Source: Octopus sinensis (Eukaryota). From it: DNA of 64,000 nt. The position numbers and the translations under genes were made by a program. The notes below the pieces were generated by a model. The model was given only the letters and a program-made list of their open reading frames with translations. It was not told the origin of the DNA and did no database searches. The stretch covers positions 80,042,001 to 80,106,000 of the forward strand of contig NC_043004.1 of the NCBI RefSeq assembly GCF_006345805.1, read 5' to 3'. The stretch's first letter is position 1, and every line of letters starts with the position of its first letter. Of this stretch, positions 55,864 to 64,000 are shown one piece after another.

Positions 55864-56903
55864 TTATTATTATTATTATTATCATTATTATTATTTGCTA
55901 ATTTAATTAGCAGGGATATTTTCATAAGTTTTATCAAAATTCAAGACTCTCTTAGGATTATTTTAGAATACATGTTTCTGTTGATCGCAATCTGTCTAAA
56001 TTCCTATATCTTTCTCTGTATTAAGTAGTTGTTTGAATGTTGAGTCCAATGCATCAATTTCCAAAGGAACAATTATCATCTCTTAGTTCTACAATCACTT
56101 CATCACTCTGGTCTTCATTAAGTCTTCATATTCACACATTTATCAGTTTCCGTGATATACACTCTAATGAAAATACACAAGGGAAGCGAATATAATGACA
56201 TTGTGTGGAATCTTAATTCAGTAATTAAAGAATTGTAAAAAAAATTATAAAATGATTTTTCCGAAGCTCTGCTCATTCTTCCCCATCCCACTTTCTCATA
56301 ATAAAAGCTGATACCAGCTCAAAGATATAACCACCAGTTTTTGACGTTTCACTGTTATCAGACCAGCCGTTATGAAATTACCCTCCATTGTTTATGATAA
56401 TGTATAGTGTGATTTGTGGGAAATATAGCTGCTATTTCTAGCAATTTGAATGATTGAATAGAGATACTGTTGTTACAACACTTCGTGAGTTATATTAATA
56501 ACTAGCGGAATATATTTTGCATATATATTTAAATGAAGGGTGGAATTCAAAATAGTTTTATCTGCATTTGAGTTATTGGTTCTAAGTGACTTAGATGACA
56601 TTGCTATTGCAGTTAGAAAGGCTAAGAAAGGAGATGAATTAACCCTTGTGAAACACTTCAGTCAACAGTTAAAGAATCCTTAAAATCCAGTCGTCTTGTA
56701 TGCAACGACGAACGATTTGTTAAGAATCTCTGAATCAATGTGATTAATGGGAAGTTGAAATTTTTAAATGATCAACCCCTTACTGGAATTATCTCAATAG
56801 CTATAGTTAGAAATTATTCAAGACATCAAAGATATAATACTGCATCATTAAAGCTTAGCGAAGCAAACTTTTTAACTTACATATTTCTTTTGTCTTCCTC
56901 AAG

Positions 56904-57083
56904 CTGAATGTTCGACGTCAGACGGCTACATTTACCAATCAGAATTGAGATTGTGTTATCAAATAGGCTCCGCGAAAATTTCATGGAATGAAGCTGCAGA
57001 CAATTGCAATAAGTATCGAGGACGACTTATTCATATTAAAAATAAGGAAGTGATGAACTATCTAAAATCAATATTATCATGGG
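56904..57083 (+). CDS. Lectin gene copy 2, exon 2
   Basis: Acceptor CTCAAG|CT, donor G|GTGAGC; 49/60 aa identical to copy 1 exon 2. Confidence 0.87.
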
Positions 57084-57213
57084 GTGAGCAACATTTTACT
57101 ATTTTATACACACTCATTCACACACAACACGCTCTCTCTCTCTCTCTCCCTTTCTCTATCTCTCATTCTCTGTCTGTCTTTCTCTCTCTCACTCTCAAAC
57201 ACATACACACGCA

Positions 57214-60910
<3,697 letters not shown>

Positions 60911-61447
60911 ATAATCTTATATTAATATATATATATATATGTATATACAAATGTACTCATGATATATCTAATATAAACTATAACAATTCATTGTCACTAA
61001 AAATTTAAATCTCTTGTCATTTTGAAAATATAATTCTATATTTCTTTTAATGTTTCTCTGATTTCTACACTCTACTTTTTTGGGAAAATATCGAATCACT
61101 CAATTGATTTTATTTATATTGTCATTTATTGTCATTGAGTTACAAAAGAAAATGACTTTGCCAGTTAAAAAATACTTAAGTAATGATTTATTTTAGATTT
61201 TGTTCTGATTGAAACTAAGAAAATATTTTGTTATACGTTTTGTTGTTATAAATAGAAAGAGAATTTATCGAATGTAATTTCTTTTGAATCAATCTTTTCG
61301 TATTATGGAACATATTTTTGAATACACACTCTTTAATATTAATATCGACAATAGTATCAGGTCGAGTTAGAGTATTGAGTTACCTTTTACAGATACATTA
61401 CAGACAATGATTATAATCTCAACGAAATAATCGACGTTTGAATTTTG

Positions 61448-61748
61448 TGGAGGCACATGGCCCAGTGGTTAGAGCAGCGGACTTGCGGTCGAGCGATCGC
61501 ACGTTCGAATCTCAGGCCGGGCAATGTGTGTGTTTATGAGCGAAATTCCCAAGCTCCACGTGCCTCCGGCAGAAAGTAATAGCCGACTTCTGCTGACTCT
61601 TTCGCCATAACTTTCTCTCACTCTTTCCACTTGCAGCTCACCCACGACGTACCGGCGTACCGTCCACGCAGGCAACCTATACGCCAAGGAAACTGGGAAA
61701 CCGGCCCTATGAGCCTGGCGTGGCTCGACAAGGAACAAACAACAACCA
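61448..61748 (+). mobile_element. tRNA-derived SINE family C with 10-bp TSD
   Basis: A box TGGCCCAGTGG, B box GTTCGAATC, (AAC)n tail; TTGAATTTTG at 61438-61447 and 61749-61758; paralogous empty site near 12137. Confidence 0.92.
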
Positions 61749-62393
61749 TTGAATTTTGATTTTGGTTTTAATCAACACGATATCAATGCTTATAAGAGAA
61801 TGCTAGAGTCGATTAAATTGATCAGCGAATTCATAGCAGATATTCTTTTAAATTTCAATAACATGAAAGGTTAAGTCTGTTTAGTGTTGAATTCATATGC
61901 AAACAGAAGAAATAGATAATTTACTTGTTATATTAGCCAGCATCAGCAAATGATTAGCTGTTCATTTCATTTTATATATGAAAAACATTAAAACCTGGTG
62001 TACGTTGAAATATTTCGTTACCGTTCCCGAAATTTTCGTCCCGGCATGATCGGGGAAGAGATTTCAGTAACTATTTTACTGACGTATATAACAAATCAAC
62101 TTAAATTAATATATACGCTAGTTTATGTGGTTCATTTTGCCACAATTCAAAATATTTCGCTATTTTTCACGTAGCCTAAAAACACTGCGCACACAAGCGG
62201 ATAACATGTGGATTTTAAGTGTGCAGCGACATAGTGAGTAAATGTATGTACACTGAGTGATCGTTCATCTTACAAGAGACGGTACTCAACTGTTTCTCGA
62301 AATGTAGTATACAGTCAAGTATACGCCATGCAAACACAGATAAGACAGGATGTCATAAGTGATTCGGGCTAAATATCAACAACCACAACAGCA

Positions 62394-62395
<2 letters not shown>

Positions 62396-62467
<72 letters not shown>
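62396..62467. repeat. (CTA)n microsatellite
   Basis: Direct reading; the paralogous position (~14057-14070) has only ~4 units. Confidence 0.95.
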
Positions 62468-62559
62468 AAAACAATATAATGCTCAAACATGCACCGAATC
62501 ATAACAAATCTGTGCAAGACTATTATTAATCAATATTTTTATTTTCTGTTTGTTTTCAG

Positions 62560-62798
62560 CTACGACGGAATATCACGAATTTCATATGGGATTATGCAAA
62601 GATCTTAGCAAGAAAGTCTTTGTATGGCAGGATGGAGAAGCACTTACATATTCTCAATGGGGACCTACAGAACCCTCGAATCATGGTGGGATTGAAGACT
62701 GCGGTAGCTTTAATCCCTACATCAATTATAGATGGAATGATATTGGTTGCCACGTCCTGAACAGTGGGACACAAATATGCGAGATAGTTGTTCGATAA
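62560..62798 (+). CDS. Lectin gene copy 2, exon 3: C-terminal half of C-type lectin domain (EPS / WND)
   Basis: Acceptor TTTTCAG|CT in phase 1; FHMGL, FVWQDG, WGPTEPSN, EDC, RWND..C, IC; stop TAA. The three exons total 768 nt, in frame. Confidence 0.88.
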
Positions 62799-62885
62799 AT
62801 GTGAGGTAAAACGAAACGTAATTTCACACAAATGCAAGCACACACACACAAAATACACACATACATACTCATACATCCACCCACA

Positions 62886-62926
<41 letters not shown>

Positions 62927-62929
62927 TAA

Positions 62930-63098
62930 AGGGCATTACTATACATAAATGCCTCACGCTAGGAGGGACTCTTAAAGTCAAAGCTACCGTAATAAACACA
63001 TTGTACCGAACGCCGCGTTCGGTACAATGCGTTTATTATGGTAGCTTTGACCTTAAGACTCCCTCCTAGCGTGAGGCATTTATGTATAGTAATGCCCT
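62930..63098. mobile_element. Fully palindromic MITE (84-bp arms, 1-nt centre, 4 mismatches) with TAA flanks; PIF/Harbinger (Tourist)-like
   Basis: TAA|AGGGCATTACTATACATAAATGCC...GAACGC-C-GCGTTC...GGCATTTATGTATAGTAATGCCCT|TAA. Confidence 0.85.
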
Positions 63099-64000
63099 TA
63101 ATATAAATAAATATATCTAAAGGGAATAATTAATAATTTCTTCCCTTATGAGGTTTTTCACGCTAACTACATGATAAATTCTTATAAAGATTTCATACTA
63201 TTGTAAAATTGTATATATATATATATACATACACACATATACACTCATGCGCGCGCGCACACACACAAATATAATGTTAACTTTGGTTGTGATTGGTCGG
63301 GAATTTATAATTGATTTCACGTCTTTTGTTGCTATTAGTAATAAACCAGACGGGGGCACATAACCTACATACTAATGGAGATAGAAGTTTGAAAACAAAT
63401 CTTAAACGAAATTCATCGTGGAGAAAACCCTTCTTGTTGAAGTGGAGTTATTTCTCATTGACCAGTTCTAGTCGTGTCCGAACATGTCCGTTTATGTACG
63501 ATTTCCGTTCACTAGTCAGCAGGCAGGGCATTCGAATTTTTCTCATAAAGGCACCAATTAAGCATCTTACTTTTAAAATTTGTGAACCTATGACGTTCCA
63601 AAATTCAAAATGTGTTTTTATTCGGTCCCTTCATGTGAAATAAATTGTGTTGAGAGCACGGAATTCTCCACTTGATGACTACTGAACGAAAATCGTATAT
63701 AAACTGACCCAATTTATACACAAGCGGAAGTGGTCAAAGGGGAATAAATCCGTAGGACCTAGAAGAGATTTTGCTTCGAAGAATATCGTTTCAGACATTT
63801 TGTCACAATCCGGGCCGACTCACAGTGTATTTTTAGTTCCATTACTAAAATGGTTCTCTGCTTCAAACTAGGAAATCTGATGTTTCACCAATAATGTTAA
63901 AACAGCAATACACGTGAAACCAATGGTAACTTTCCCACCAGTCATAACCAACGACTACACTAAATATAATTCCTCAAATCTCTTTCAGAGTGTGCCTATT

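Noticed and set aside
61448-61525. tRNA-like sequence with A and B boxes
   Set aside because: It is the head of a TSD-flanked SINE; the cloverleaf is imperfect, so it is not called a tRNA gene.

Overview
Eukaryotic, AT-rich, microsatellite- and transposon-dense genomic DNA. The SINE families and (TA)n/(TAA)n density most resemble an octopod cephalopod (Octopus); this is an inference, not verified. The only host genes I can support are two tandem, same-strand paralogs of a three-exon gene encoding a probably secreted protein: signal peptide, 4-Cys PAN/apple-like module, long-form C-type lectin domain. Copy 1 exons are 5181-5535, 10865-11044 and 14188-14432 (259 aa). Copy 2 exons are 47976-48324, 56904-57083 and 62560-62798 (255 aa). 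All introns are phase 1 GT-AG and both models splice in frame. The rest is mobile-element material: Tx1/L1-clade LINE remnants, a putative ORF1-only element with two tandem ORF1 cassettes, and CR1/L2-group LINEs (one with a near-complete open EN-RT ORF). There is also a frameshifted RTE LINE, R4/Dong-type fragments clustered around (TAA)n, Penelope-like elements (one with a well-formed hammerhead ribozyme), three tRNA-derived SINE families, two Tc1/mariner remnants, two Helitron-type non-autonomous elements and several foldback hairpins. No rRNA, genuine tRNA or CRISPR array was seen. TE boundaries are read by eye and are approximate unless TSD/TIR coordinates are given.
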